Shown here in pieces: positions 42,501 through 52,145 of a stretch of DNA of 64,000 nt. Below the pieces are notes generated by a model. The model had not been told where the DNA came from, made no database searches, and worked only from the letters and a program-made list of their open reading frames with translations. Origin of the DNA: Perna viridis (taxonomy: Eukaryota). Every line of letters begins with the position of its first letter. The stretch's first letter is position 1. Location: the NCBI GenBank assembly GCA_037379345.1, contig CM074511.1, forward strand, positions 51,714,862 to 51,778,861. Direction: 5' to 3'. A program made the translations under genes and the position numbers.

Positions 42501-45500
42501 CACCAAGTGAGCTATGCACATAATTTGTCTAGTTATATTAGAATATGTCTGTTCCGATTCATTCCATAAAAAAAACAGTTTCTAATTATAAAACTCTAAT
42601 AAATGAAACAGGCAAATGATAGTAAGAGGATATCGAAGTAACCCGAATTAATTTTTCTTGCAAATATATAAAGAATGTGACCACTTAATACTCGGTAGAT
42701 ATATATATATATCAGTGGGAAACGCATCTAAAAAACATTATGCTTTACTGGATATGAAAATATTGAATGGCCATTTCTCTATTTAGTACATATGAATGCA
42801 TTTTGATTTATATCTTATTTGTTCACTATTAAATATCTATAAGTATAAAACATCATGATCCTAGATATGTTAGTAATTTATTTTCCAAAGAATCTTAGCA
42901 ACATTTGGATACATGCATATTTGAAACTTCATGTAACTTTGATCAATGATAAAGGACAGCATAAACATTTATGGAAATATATAATTAAATTCCATGTTCT
43001 TCCCACATAAAATACCTTTCTGGAATTTAGTCATGACTAGAGGCGGATACAGATACTTTCAAACCTTCGGACACAAGTTCGGTGCGCCCCGATCCTGTAT
43101 TCGCATTTGGTGATTTGCAATTCGCAAATTTCAATATAAAAGATGATGTTTTAAATCCTCTAGAAAAGCATAAGAATGTGAAATATCAATACACAACGTA
43201 CGGATTTGGCGCAAAAATGAAATTGTAACTTATTAAACTAAACAACGTTGTTAAGGGCTTCATCGGCGTAATAGCAAGAAAAGGTAAATACCCGAAAATA
43301 AAATCACAATAAAAAGTATGGATATAATAGAACAATCGAGAGCATGCAAGCAATTTTCAAACCATTAGTCAAACTCAACAACAGGTTAATAAATTTATTT
43401 TCAACGAATTACCTTTCAACTTTCGTTTCTTGTGATGACCTGAAATAATTTATACTCATTATGCTTTGACTGTATTAGCAGTGAAAATGGATAAATTACA
43501 TCAAAACCTTGATAAACGTGACATTTACCCTAACTTGTCCTTTATTTAATTTTCGAACGGACTACAATTAGGTTCAACACCAACTGTCCCGGAATTTTAT
43601 TGATTTGAATGATTAGGGCCTAGACACACAGACAGACAATTCTTATAACAACTATATTTAGAAAGACATAACAAGAATTATAAGCAATCATAACTGAGAT
43701 ACGAGCAATTCACTAAAACAGTGTTGCTAATGGCTTCGGGTCACATGTTATTGGCAAATTCAAGTTCGTCAGACATTATGAAATAATTCTGAACTTGACT
43801 GTCCTTACCTGATATTTATTTCGAATCCTTTTAAAGGATATTCTTCATTAAATGTTGCCATCATATCAATAATTTTACCACCTCAAAGAAACGGGTTTTC
43901 TTGATCGCCTACTGAACACACCGCTGACGCGTGTATGTGCCAGTTTTCTTGTTACCTTATAAGGAATACAAAGACGTGTCAAACCCTTACTGCATCATTA
44001 TCTCAGATATTTGTTATCCTTATTTAAAAAAAATGACAATAGCCATTGTACCATGTGGAGATTGTTTCTTTGCAGATTTAAAGTATGTATCGTTACATGT
44101 GTGTTGACATTGATACCAAGGCTGGCAGATCATAAAACATCACTTCCATTTATTAATTTCATGTAAGAAATGAGATTTAGTTAATTATATATGAAACAAT
44201 TTTATTTTATCTGACGTATTTTTCAGGAACTAAGAATATTTTGCACTTTTTCGTGCAACAAATCTTCTGTAGATTGTCTGTGAATTATTCATTTTTACCA
44301 CAGACCAAGATGACACTGTCATGACTCCTTGATAGACTTTTTTATTTCATACAAATGCGGTTTTTTAATCAAGAAGGCGGAGAAAGATATTGTCCATTTA
44401 ACACATCCATAGACCACTCCGTACATAATTTGCAAAGCCAATCCAAAATCATTTTTATAACGAATCGCAATACTTTGTCTGAATTAATTGTAATAGTCTG
44501 GGATAGTAATGTAATCGAAATTTATGCCTTTGTAAAAAAGGCTGGTGTTAAAGCGTTTTCTGTTTCACCTGAAAGCTTCAGTTGTCAATTTTCCTATATT
44601 GTGTCGCTTTGGAATTTGCACATTATTTATATTTAGTTTCGGTATATCATTGCATTTATGTAAAGCGAAAAAGATATATGTTCGGTTTATTTCAAGTCAA
44701 ATCAGAAATATATATAGTAAAATATGTGTTTACTTATTTGCCAACATAGAAAATTTTACTGCTTTGGTTATCTTTTTTGAAAGACAGTACATGTATGCAG
44801 TTCATTCGCGATATATAATATGAAAACCTTGGTGCATAAGTAGCCAAATCTGTAAATTATGCCAAATTGGGGAGGGGGTATACTTGCTTTCATTATATTT
44901 TCCTTACAGGAGAGTTTGGTCACATGCTTCAGCAACAAAAATATATATTCCCATGAAAGCCTAGTGTATCAGAAAACTTTTGACGGCATATTTAGTCTGT
45001 TGAAGCGTGTGGTCTATATGTCCGGATAAAAAAAAAAAAAACACTTGCAAAGTTCTAAATTTCGTATAAGATTAATGAAATTTGCATAGAAAAGATACGT
45101 TGAGGCACTTTGACACATAACAACTCATGAATCTTCTTTAGTTTGCCGATGTGTTAAACCTCACACTGAGCCAAAAAGCTGATATGAAAATGTCTACAGG
45201 TCCATTTCCACACATATATCAATATACACATAAACACTTATAGTAGATATATTTGTTGTCTTAGTAACACGAAGCGTAAAACTTTTATTTTAACCATGTT
45301 AAACCAGTAATTATTTAATGTTTGACAGACAATTACGACCAGAAATATATGAAAGTACACGTATCTAGAATTCAATGATTGTGAAGTATGTGTTTAAGTT
45401 TATTGATTTTCGGTTTCCTTTTGCGTCTTTTTGTTTTAGTTTCCAATTTTCAATTTACGATATTTTCTGTAGGTGTTCAAAAATCAGAAAATAATTTGAT

Positions 45501-46456
45501 TCGGTTAAAGTGAAAAGAAAGGTACAAAGTCGATTTCGCCAATATTCATATTCACGAATAACACTGTTTACAAGTGTTACTTGACAAAGGGACTTATTCA
45601 CAACGATTTTTTTCGCGATCTTTGCTTGGTCTTGAAATAAGCGAAAAAAAATTTCTTAAGTCTTTTTTTCACATCTGATCGAATAAAGATGATTTAAATA
45701 AGTTGTCATGACTCTGCAATAAGGTGAACTTTTTAAATCTCGGCCTTACATGACGTGAATTTGCTGTTGCGTCATCATGGAATTATCAGTAATTAGACTT
45801 TCTTATGCTTGGCACTTTAAGATATTTTACAGATGGAATATAACACCAAGTAAAATATTGTTTTGTATTGGTCAATGTTTAAATTTTAACAGTCAATATA
45901 AACAAGTAATTAGAAATGACCGAAAAATATTGATTTTGATATTTTAACTACTTGTTTAATTAGCCATGATAAAACTTTAAAAGGTTTTCCTAATAAGAAT
46001 TTGCTATGTGATTTTTAACAGGCTGGACATAAAATACTTAATGGTTTAATCGTGCAATGAAATATATTACATGGCGATATTAAGTTTTGTATGATAAGTT
46101 CCAAGCTTAGGCATTAATGTCACTTTGATTGTATATTATTGTAACTGTAAGGACGGTTTGATATTTACCACTTGGTATTTTTATGACAATTTCATGCCAT
46201 AGGGTTGGTAGTTTGGCATACAATTATGTTGGACGTGAAACTGTGATAGATCGTCAACATGATAATAAAATAATCAATTTTAAAGAGAAAATAGAATGGA
46301 AAGGAGGTACGAATATGACTTACCTGTTATCATCATCTCCTCTGTGGGTGTATGCATTGGTCTGTCCCTCCCTCGACATGGAGATTTTCCCGGCGATACC
46401 CCTGGTAATGGGGGTAGCCGGCGTTGGTTCATCTGCCGTATAGGACTAGACATCAT
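530..46456 (-). CDS. PDE10A: PDE10A-like dual-GAF cAMP/cGMP phosphodiesterase; multi-exon gene, 3' (catalytic) part lies outside the window
   Basis: Hand-assembled GT-AG exons with matching phases give ...[21 protein letters not shown]...DMRFPAGLG...GVVELYR...[45 protein letters not shown]...[50 protein letters not shown]...[60 protein letters not shown], recognisable as PDE10A GAF-A/GAF-B. Confidence 0.93.
1310..1399 (-). CDS. PDE10A: PDE10A exon at the start of the catalytic region ([30 protein letters not shown])
   Basis: ttttag acceptor, gtaagt donor; 90 nt phase 2-2, open frame. Confidence 0.87.
1811..1950 (-). CDS. PDE10A: PDE10A exon ([30 protein letters not shown]...)
   Basis: GAF-to-catalytic linker 'ALEVLSYH'; 140 nt phase 0-2. 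Confidence 0.94.
2024..2235. mobile_element. MITE-like fragment (tactgta...tagta ends)
   Basis: Imperfect terminal and subterminal inverted repeats; similar-looking fragments at about 4742-4850 and 27685-27880. Confidence 0.45.
2481..2595 (-). CDS. PDE10A: PDE10A GAF-B exon ([38 protein letters not shown])
   Basis: NK...F...DE GAF motif; 115 nt phase 2-0. Confidence 0.95.
2677..3227. mobile_element. Non-autonomous DNA transposon with TTAA target duplication (Kolobok/piggyBac-type MITE)
   Basis: ttaa-GGTAGATCATACC ... GGTATGATCTACA-ttaa: 13-bp TIR with one mismatch, TTAA on both sides. Confidence 0.75.
3615..3683 (-). CDS. PDE10A: PDE10A GAF-B exon ([23 protein letters not shown])
   Basis: GAF 'TGYxTxxILCMPI' motif; 69 nt phase 2-2. 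Confidence 0.95.
4114..4206 (-). CDS. PDE10A: PDE10A GAF-B exon ([31 protein letters not shown])
   Basis: Classic GAF 'GIAGxVAxTGxxLNIxDAYxDxRFN' motif; 93 nt phase 2-2. Confidence 0.95.
4414..4538 (-). CDS. PDE10A: PDE10A GAF-B exon ([18 protein letters not shown]...KEIR)
   Basis: GAF-B motif; 125 nt phase 0-2. Confidence 0.95.
4879..5197. repeat. 42-bp minisatellite, about 7.5 copies
   Basis: Unit ttggttgtgttttatctgaaggtttcacttttgtctatataa; explains the repetitive 173-aa ORF. Confidence 0.95.
5211..5450. repeat. 76-bp tandem repeat, about 3 copies
   Basis: Unit starts at 5211, 5287 and 5363. Confidence 0.85.
5977..6028 (-). CDS. PDE10A: PDE10A exon ([17 protein letters not shown])
   Basis: 52 nt phase 2-0; tttcag acceptor, gtaggt donor. 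Confidence 0.93.
6388..6446 (-). CDS. PDE10A: PDE10A exon ([20 protein letters not shown])
   Basis: LNDFLL inter-GAF helix; 59 nt phase 0-2; canonical splice sites. Confidence 0.93.
7112..7117 (-). promoter_or_regulatory. Rbfox motif UGCAUG 21-26 nt downstream of exon A
   Basis: catgca on + reads TGCATG on -. Confidence 0.55.
7138..7188 (-). CDS. PDE10A: PDE10A mutually exclusive exon A ([17 protein letters not shown])
   Basis: 51 nt, phase 0-0, ttttgctttag acceptor, GAG|gtagtg donor; W at codon 8; same structural slot as 9279-9329. Confidence 0.8.
7383..7515. mobile_element. Palindromic MITE, about 130 bp
   Basis: ggtgtcaatttcataaaaagtcgtaagtg ... cacttatgactttttgtgaaattgatgcc inverted arms. 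Confidence 0.7.
7549..7937. mobile_element. CAGT...ACTG-type MITE interrupted by a nested element; related uninterrupted copy at about 8410-8562
   Basis: gaaacctgtcaaaaccaa ... ttggttcggataggtttcactg ends; same family ends at 8410 (cagtgaaactggtctaaacc). Confidence 0.6.
7672..7883. mobile_element. MITE with ~32-bp TIRs nested in the previous element
   Basis: gaggtagacctaggataagggacataactctt / aagagttgtgtcccttaccctaggtctacctc. Confidence 0.8.
9279..9329 (-). CDS. PDE10A: PDE10A mutually exclusive exon B ([17 protein letters not shown])
   Basis: 51 nt, phase 0-0, ttctag acceptor, CAG|gtaaac donor; W at codon 8 as in vertebrate PDE10A 'VATANLAWASVAIHQVQ'. Confidence 0.82.
9351..9356 (-). promoter_or_regulatory. 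Rbfox motif UGCAUG about 22-27 nt upstream of exon B
   Basis: catgca on + reads TGCATG on -, in the branch-point/polypyrimidine zone. Confidence 0.55.
10199..10257 (-). CDS. PDE10A: PDE10A GAF-A exon ([20 protein letters not shown])
   Basis: GAF motif; tatag acceptor, gtagga donor; 59 nt phase 1-0. Confidence 0.92.
10855..10948 (-). CDS. PDE10A: PDE10A GAF-A exon ([31 protein letters not shown])
   Basis: DxRFPxG motif; ttttag acceptor, gtatgt donor; 94 nt phase 0-1. Confidence 0.92.
12154..12283 (-). CDS. PDE10A: PDE10A GAF-A exon (GSRSHDK...[25 protein letters not shown])
   Basis: GAF 'YVAKT' motif; tttcag acceptor, gtaagt donor; 130 nt phase 2-0. Confidence 0.9.
12486..13285. repeat. Minisatellite of interspersed 33-bp and 29-bp units, about 25 copies
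   Basis: acacaacacaagccctaactgactgtcctgtct (33) and acacaacactagtcctgactgtcctgcct (29). Confidence 0.95.
13420..13690. mobile_element. Degenerate bivalve SINE-like fragment
   Basis: Motifs 'agatgtggtatg', 'caaagccataccata', 'gacaaccactg' recalled from an abundant mussel SINE; not database-verified. Confidence 0.45.
15318..15355 (-). CDS. PDE10A: PDE10A GAF-A exon ([13 protein letters not shown])
   Basis: catttcag acceptor, CAG|gtgaga donor; 38 nt, supplies the required phase 0 to 2 change. Confidence 0.78.
15906..15955 (-). CDS. PDE10A: PDE10A GAF-A exon ([17 protein letters not shown])
   Basis: Resembles PDE10A 'ATKADGFALY'; tttcag acceptor, gtaaa donor; 50 nt phase 1-0. Confidence 0.88.
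18218..18329 (-). CDS. PDE10A: PDE10A exon ([37 protein letters not shown])
   Basis: ttag acceptor, gtaagt donor, 112 nt phase 0-1; entry helix of GAF-A. Confidence 0.87.
20137..20160 (-). CDS. PDE10A: Candidate optional 24-nt PDE10A microexon (KHSPSNLQ)
   Basis: gtgttttcag acceptor, CAG|gtaaca donor; frame-preserving inside a phase-0 intron. Confidence 0.5.
21125..21378. mobile_element. Dispersed repeat fragment (retroelement-end-like)
   Basis: CpG-containing 'ggtgcaccggtagggtaagcatcctctgc...cacccgccgagttgctc' within CpG-poor DNA; resembles a common mussel repeat (from memory). Confidence 0.45.
26993..27525. repeat. Minisatellite of ~26-29-bp units, about 19 copies
   Basis: Core aataca(a/c)catgagctatat followed by a variable C-rich spacer. 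Confidence 0.95.
27996..28033 (-). CDS. PDE10A: PDE10A exon ([13 protein letters not shown])
   Basis: Poly-T ctag acceptor, AAG|gtaatt donor; 38 nt, supplies the required phase 1 to 0 change. Confidence 0.82.
28593..29374. mobile_element. Foldback-like non-autonomous DNA element with many internal GCATATGC palindromes
   Basis: TIR tatggtgta...tacaccata, long imperfect subterminal inverted arms, about a dozen gcatatg(c) motifs. Confidence 0.7.
29752..30085 (-). ncRNA. Unidentified multi-hairpin structured element in a PDE10A intron (candidate ncRNA or structured non-coding exon)
   Basis: GC-richer island with a ~115-nt hairpin (29858-29973) and several smaller stems whose mismatches are G-U pairs only on the - strand; ACA follows the last hairpin. 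Confidence 0.4.
30892..31041. mobile_element. Near-perfect 150-bp palindrome (MITE-like)
   Basis: taagaattgg..atgataaaaattttgtctat..gaaaaataacaaattttcc / ggaaaatttgttatttttc..atagacaaaatttttatcatccaattctta. Confidence 0.8.
31120..31373 (+). mobile_element. 'GGCGGATCCAGG'-TIR MITE; inverted copy at 52146-52434
   Basis: TIRs agggcggatccagg / cctgaatccgcccta; interior matches the reverse complement of 52146-52434. Confidence 0.8.
31472..31627 (-). CDS. PDE10A: PDE10A exon ([38 protein letters not shown]...)
   Basis: Resembles the PDE10A pre-GAF helix region; tttcag acceptor, gtgag donor; 156 nt, phase 1-1. Confidence 0.9.
31678..32011. mobile_element. CACT-ended MITE with CGTGCGTT subterminal repeats; partial second copy at 35825-35953
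   Basis: Ends ..tccttgaaacgtt / aacgtctcaaggagtg; right end nearly duplicated at 35825-35953. Confidence 0.75.
33115..33255. repeat. 48-bp degenerate tandem repeat, about 2.7 copies
   Basis: Recurring aattatgac..cagtgctg..cc..aca.ttgtgg.accatttat. Confidence 0.75.
36718..36876. mobile_element. Palindromic MITE, about 160 bp
   Basis: tcaaaatctgtatcacatgctgtatcaaccc / gggttgatacagcatgcgatacagattttga. Confidence 0.8.
38606..38671 (-). CDS. PDE10A: PDE10A N-terminal exon ([22 protein letters not shown])
   Basis: attttacag acceptor, CAG|gtgagt donor, 66 nt, phase 1-1, open frame. Confidence 0.72.
41605..41925. repeat. Old degenerate ~30-bp minisatellite
   Basis: Recurring atttcagtc(c)tcatggtgg(a)gaa motif, about 10 times. 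Confidence 0.7.
42301..42534 (+). mobile_element. Short Helentron-associated (HINE-like) fragment
   Basis: ttatacccctg start, gtccgtcc motif, caggtgta sub-TIR and ctagtt end. Confidence 0.45.
43413..43439 (-). CDS. PDE10A: PDE10A 27-nt microexon (HHKKRKLK)
   Basis: ttatttcag acceptor, AAG|gtaatt donor, phase 1-1, open frame. Confidence 0.6.
46324..46456 (-). CDS. PDE10A: PDE10A putative first coding exon ([45 protein letters not shown])
   Basis: ATG preceded by an in-frame TGA; GC-rich; strong donor CAG|gtaagt; ends in phase 1, matching the downstream exons. Confidence 0.7.
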
Positions 46457-46835
46457 TATAGGGTCATCAGCAGCTCATATGTGAATATCCAGCGAACCTT
46501 CCCATCATAGAGTAAACAACTGAAGCTGAAGATTCGTATAAACTGATACAGAAGATTGAAGTTTACTTTTCCGTGCAATCTTTTTAAACACACTAACCAA
46601 TACAGCAAAACATTTAATGTATTTAAATCCTTTTCAACTGACTGTGCCAATTTCCATATTTATATAAAGATTAACAGTGGTAAAATGTTCGCTTCGATTT
46701 ATTAAACGCTTATTTATGCTGCTGACAGTTCCTCGACAAGATAGGTAAATGGAGGAAAAAACTTCTTTCTCTCTCACAAATCAATATAAACCACAACACT
46801 TAAGTTCCACCTGTTTATTTAACGGAATTGTTCTG

Positions 46836-46843
46836 TGACGTCA
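46836..46843. promoter_or_regulatory. Palindromic CRE (TGACGTCA) about 380 bp upstream of the putative PDE10A ATG
   Basis: Exact consensus match; function is inferred. Confidence 0.35.
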
Positions 46844-47778
46844 TGAAGAGGTGAAAGATCAGGTAGACGAAGATGCTGATAATCAGAGACAACAGAAGAA
46901 TCTCCATTGATCAGATAATATACATGTACATGTAAGGTTTGTCGTGCGTACACCCGATTGGTGCTTACTATTACAATGCTGTTAACTTTTTACGTCACAT
47001 GTAGTATCGGAATGTTTATAAGATATTGTTAATTTGTTGAGAAGTTTAACATAAAATTGTTGTAAAATAAAAACAAAAAGTACAATGAATTTGTCTATTT
47101 TCTATAGAAAGGCGAAGAATAGAAGATACCCTATTATTTCTTTCGAATGGGTAGTCATGGAGAAATATTATACTCAGGGCATGGATAGTAGTAGTATTTG
47201 TACCTCTGTACAAAAAAGAAAATAAAAACAATGGATTCCTAATATGATTAAAAAAACGTGCTATTACGGTAATACGTGGTTGTATGAAGCCGTGAGAAGT
47301 ACTTCATCGTCGGCGACAGGCTTTTGAACTTTCGGAAACTGATAAGAAAATAATCGGTATATATGTGCTGTCAACTTGATAATTGTCACAATTAGTTTCA
47401 AAGAAGAATTCATTAAAGACATTTCGGACGATCTTTGATGATGCATTTTTAAAAATGTTTTTTTCAGTAATATTGGAAGTTTATCATGACAAATCATAAA
47501 CATTATATAATTTCTAAACAAACTGAGATAGCATTATGCTGAATTCTGTAATTTATTCTTTTATACACGACGTAATAAGAATTTGTAACCAGATTTTTCA
47601 GTCGAAAATTGCAAGTATGGAAAGCCATACACAATACATTCTTATTTTCGACAATTTATGACATTAGAAACAAGGATCCGTTCCTGGCTGGAAAGGACAA
47701 TTGAAATATACGATAGTAACATATGTTTCCCTCATTTCAATGTAAATTAGTTTTCAAGAACTTGCATAAGCTGTGTTA

Positions 47779-47966
47779 CTGATGAGCTTTAGGTGACGTG
47801 TCGCCTTCTATATCTTGGGTTCTAAAATTTTCACTCCAAAAGATATGAAGCGTAGGCATTAATAACTCTTGGTATATATATGCTTTTTTTTTATTAAGAC
47901 CTTCCTATGTACTTGTTCTATCAATGCCACTGATGAGAGGTTATTCCTGGAAACACGTGTACAGCA
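47779..47966 (+). other. Two degenerate hammerhead-ribozyme-like cores (Penelope/retrozyme-type remnant)
   Basis: CTGATGAG at 47779 and 47930; the second is followed by stem agg-ttatt-cct and GAAAC-ACGT-GTA. Confidence 0.4.
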
Positions 47967-48050
47967 TACCAAAATTTGCAAAATAAATGAGTGTAATTGT
48001 TTTTGATATAATGAACTCAATTTGGTTCATTTGTCATACCGGTAACCGGC

Positions 48051-49273
48051 TTTTTAGTTCACCTGGCCATTGGTCATGTGAGCTATTGCCATCACTTGGC
48101 GTCCGTCGTGATCGTCGTTAACAATTCTTCAAAAATCTCTGAAACTACAAAATGAAAGATGAAACTTAAGATTGTTCCCTAGAGTCTCCTCAGAAACTGC
48201 TCTACAGAATTCAATGAAAGTTGGTATTTTTGTTTTAAAGGGCATCCTTAACAAAATGTCCGTTTGGATTTTTGATCTGTTAAAAAACATGGCCGCTGTT
48301 ACTAAAAGTAAAACAAAGGGGTCGAAATACAGTTTTTAACAAATAACTCAAAAACATGAATTTTGCCAAATTCCTAGTGAGAGTAATATTGTTAACCATC
48401 AGAAGACGGACCTTTGCCAAAATTTTCAAAATGATTTGTTCCCTATTGTAGGATTTTTTTGTTGTTTTAATGTGTACAACTCTCTGAAACCAATTGCAAC
48501 TGCAACAAAATTTAATGAAAGTTGGCATGCATGATTTTTTAGGGTTTCCTCCATAAACTGATCATTTAAAATTTTTCAAACAACATGGCCGTCGTTACTA
48601 AAATATAACTTGGAGTCAAAATGCTTTTTTTTTGCTTTTTCCCCCTAAACTATAGAAAAATAATGAGAATGAAAGCTATCCATAAGATAAACATAAGTTG
48701 ACAGGTAGTATTGAATTTATTTCTTAGGCGGCCATTTTCAAAATGGCTGCCTATTTACGACCATTTTCACCAGTTGCTCAGATTCCATTCTTAGGAAACT
48801 AGGTACTTTAAGTTGAAAAGTGATGACGAAAGATTGTTCTGTGCAGCCACTTTTCTGCAATTTTTTATACTTGCTTTGATTTCAACAATAATTGGTTTAT
48901 ATAGTAAACATGGTCTCCTGATATGAATGGTGATGATGAACATTTTGGATAGCCGTGGTTTAACCTCATTTCATGTTCTTTTTTTTCAGCAAATCTATAC
49001 CAAGATATTGCCTGCTCAGAACTGGTGGAATAATAAGGCATGGGGACCCCTGCGAAAATTTCTTCCAGAGGTTCTAAAAACACGTTGAAGGCATTTCCAA
49101 CATTTTTCAGTGCCTTAGGTACTTTTTTGAACTTACAGCATTCTTCAATATATGCTTTTTTTCAGTAATTTTTTTTGTCAAACATGGTAACAAAGCGTGA
49201 TACCTTTACATACTTAATCAATACGGTATGGTTTGTCAGGTGAGCGATTCTGGCTCTTCGAGAGCCTCTTGTT
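48051..49273 (+). mobile_element. Non-autonomous Helentron-type element (HINE-like)
   Basis: T-run then agttcacctg; gtccgtcgt microsatellite; 3' caggtgagc sub-TIR followed by hairpin ggctcttcgagagcc and tcttgtt. Confidence 0.75.
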
Positions 49274-50939
49274 TCTATTTCATACCAGAGATGACACGAG
49301 CAGCTTTAATGAAGAATCTAGGAAAGCAAAGGCTGATTACTCTACCAGTGCATTTGGTCCATGCTCGGTGGTTTTTTGTGGCGTTCTTAAAGATTTGTAT
49401 GTTTCTTCATTTTTTTGCTCACTAGTTTCTATTTCAACTTTCTTATCTTTTTCGAGACCCTCTACTTTTTCTTTAACCCCATTAATCCGTGTTCTGCTTG
49501 TTAAAGTAACTTTCCCGGTTTAAGAACATGCAACCACTAATATTTTCGGTAAAATTTGGTGTGCTAAAATCCCAATAAGTTTCTGTTTTTCTCTATAAAA
49601 TGAATTTACATATTTTGCATAGCAAATAAGGATCTGTGGAAATATCACTGATAAATAGTGTTGAAAATTAGAAATTGAAACAAAACATTTTTGAAGGAAG
49701 GTACGGCAATCAGAAAAGAGGTAAGGCTTATGAAGTTTCAAGTAGACCCAATAGCGGATCTATGATTTCAGGTTCGGAGGGGAGTAAATAGAGAGTGCAT
49801 AGGCGGATCAGAAGAGGGGGCTTATCAATTTGCAAAATTTATGAAAATAACTATTTTTGTGCGTAATTGCATACATTATAATTTGTTTATCAAGATTTTT
49901 TTTTGTCCCACTGGTGGGCACTCATTAGGCAATTCTCTGGATCCGCCGCTGGCGTGTCGTGATGTTGGGGTCTTAATTGCATGGGACTTCGGTAGGGTAC
50001 CACGAGCGCTGTCAGAAAGCCATATAATGTAAATAACCAAAAAAAACTTTTTTTTTAAGTTTCACACGTTTCGCCATGGACACTAATACTAAATATTGCT
50101 CGATATACTATCACAAATTAAAAATTCTTTGTATCAAGAGAGATAACTTAGTTTAAACATGCCCACTAAAACGTGAACCTCTATTATCAAATAACAGACT
50201 TATCATAACGGCCGAATGAAACATATTTGTTATTTTTTTTTCTAAAAGTCTAATGACGAATATTTCAAAATGTCATGCACCCGTATATTTCCTTACGTCT
50301 TTAAGATGCTTCTAGGTGACAAATATGTTTCATCGACGAAATCAAGTTACTTTGTACATAAGATCTAAAGCGTTGGCTTGGTAATTCAGTGTACGTATAT
50401 GGTATTTTTAGTCATATGTAGTGCTCTACTCACCCACTTACGATGATGTGCGCGCAATATAATTGTTTTGTGCGCACAAGACAACAATATTCAGCGCACT
50501 ATATAACCATTATTAAGTTTTTTTATCGTGTTATTTGATAAAATATTCGTGTCCTAATAACATACTGCGCTTCCCAGGTATTTAAAAGGGAAATTTAGAA
50601 CATAATTGTCCTAGAGAAGCGCGTTCTTTGGAATCTACGGATGTCACTGTCGCTTTGGAGATGTAAGCGACCAATGACTTCTACAGGGATGGGAGAGGAA
50701 ATAGCTCAAGACATGTTCCTACTTCTATTTCACATGAATTCGCCAACACAATATGAAATACTAGAATAAACTAAAACATTCTATGATTTATTGATTGTTT
50801 AATTATCTTTCTGTATGTCTGATAATTGTGAAATGAAGGAAACTACACAAAGCAAATACACTTCAATCCACACACCAAGAAAACGGTGTGTGTGTGTGTG
50901 TGGGTGGAAGGGGGGGGGATTAAATTAATTTCAATGGGT

Positions 50940-51385
50940 AGGTACAGATGTGCGGCCAGTATCGGTCTACTTTTATGATTGGTAATATACGAAAAGGGTA
51001 GGTATTTTAGTTGCAGTATATGTTATTGGGGTCAACATTTACAAATAGGCTATATGGTTACCCATGGTTACCCATGGTTATTGACTTCAATTAAATCATG
51101 ATCCTTAAAATTATCAAAGTAAATAAAGATTAACACTTGACTGATAAGCAGGAAGGGTTCCAGTTAGCTCTGACATGTTAATGATGTCTTTAAATACAAT
51201 GTCATTTATTCTGATTAGAATCCTGCTGTGATATGTAGACACTGATAAGTGCCATGCATATATACATGTTATATATGAATGGATTACATATATGCATTGC
51301 ATATATTTGAATGGGTGTCCGTTTTTCATTGTCAGAATATATGAATGGGGTGGGTAAAAATTTTCGGGGCCGCACACCCGTGCCG
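50940..51385. mobile_element. MITE-like element
   Basis: ggtacagatgtgcggcc / ggccgcacacccgtgcc imperfect inverted repeats, next to a (TG)n and G run. Confidence 0.5.
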
Positions 51386-52145
51386 TAAATAATCGTCAAA
51401 TTCAAAAAATATGGGATGAAAGCAGGATAAAAGGAAAGTACAGGATCTGATACACAAGCTTATTGTTTTAAATGATTAATATTGATCTTTTATTTTTAGT
51501 TTACTATTCTGATTACGAATGACATTTAATAAACACACAACAAAATTTGTGATGCAATGTAGCATGCGGTGCACCAGTTTGCGAAATATTCAGATTCGAT
51601 GTTGGTTTACATGGAACACCTAGATGAATTAACCAAAAACATCCAACACGCAGCATAATTGAACTACAAACTACTAGTTGGCCTTTCCAAGTTTCTAAAT
51701 TTTCAAATCGAAATTCAGTTTAAAGATTTCCAGGTCGAAACCGTCAAATCATTCAAACTCTCAAACAATTATTGAAATAAAGCATTTCCGTAGATATATG
51801 TCTCTCTCAACTAGGTAAATTTCTCAGTTGATAAGCTACATAGCTCAAGTCCCACAAGTCAGCGCATAGAAACTTATGTGTCATGTAAAAACGCTTAGTT
51901 TCAGGGCACCTAGTTTCAGAGACACGTACATTAACATAAACGCCGACGTCTTAGAATATAATTTCAACAATCATATCTTGTGCGGGAAACACTCGCCGTG
52001 CACTTTTAAGACTCTGAAGCACCTACAACTCAATCATTATAAAACATTGCCAAATAGCCAAATAGAACGATTATTACACAAAGCAATAGCACCAGACCAC
52101 AGACTGACACCATTCCTGAGAAATGCATTATCGAAATTCCTATGC

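Noticed and set aside
43809-43864. Possible alternative first exon [18 protein letters not shown]
   Set aside because: Ends in phase 2 and reaches a stop in exon 38671 when spliced onward.
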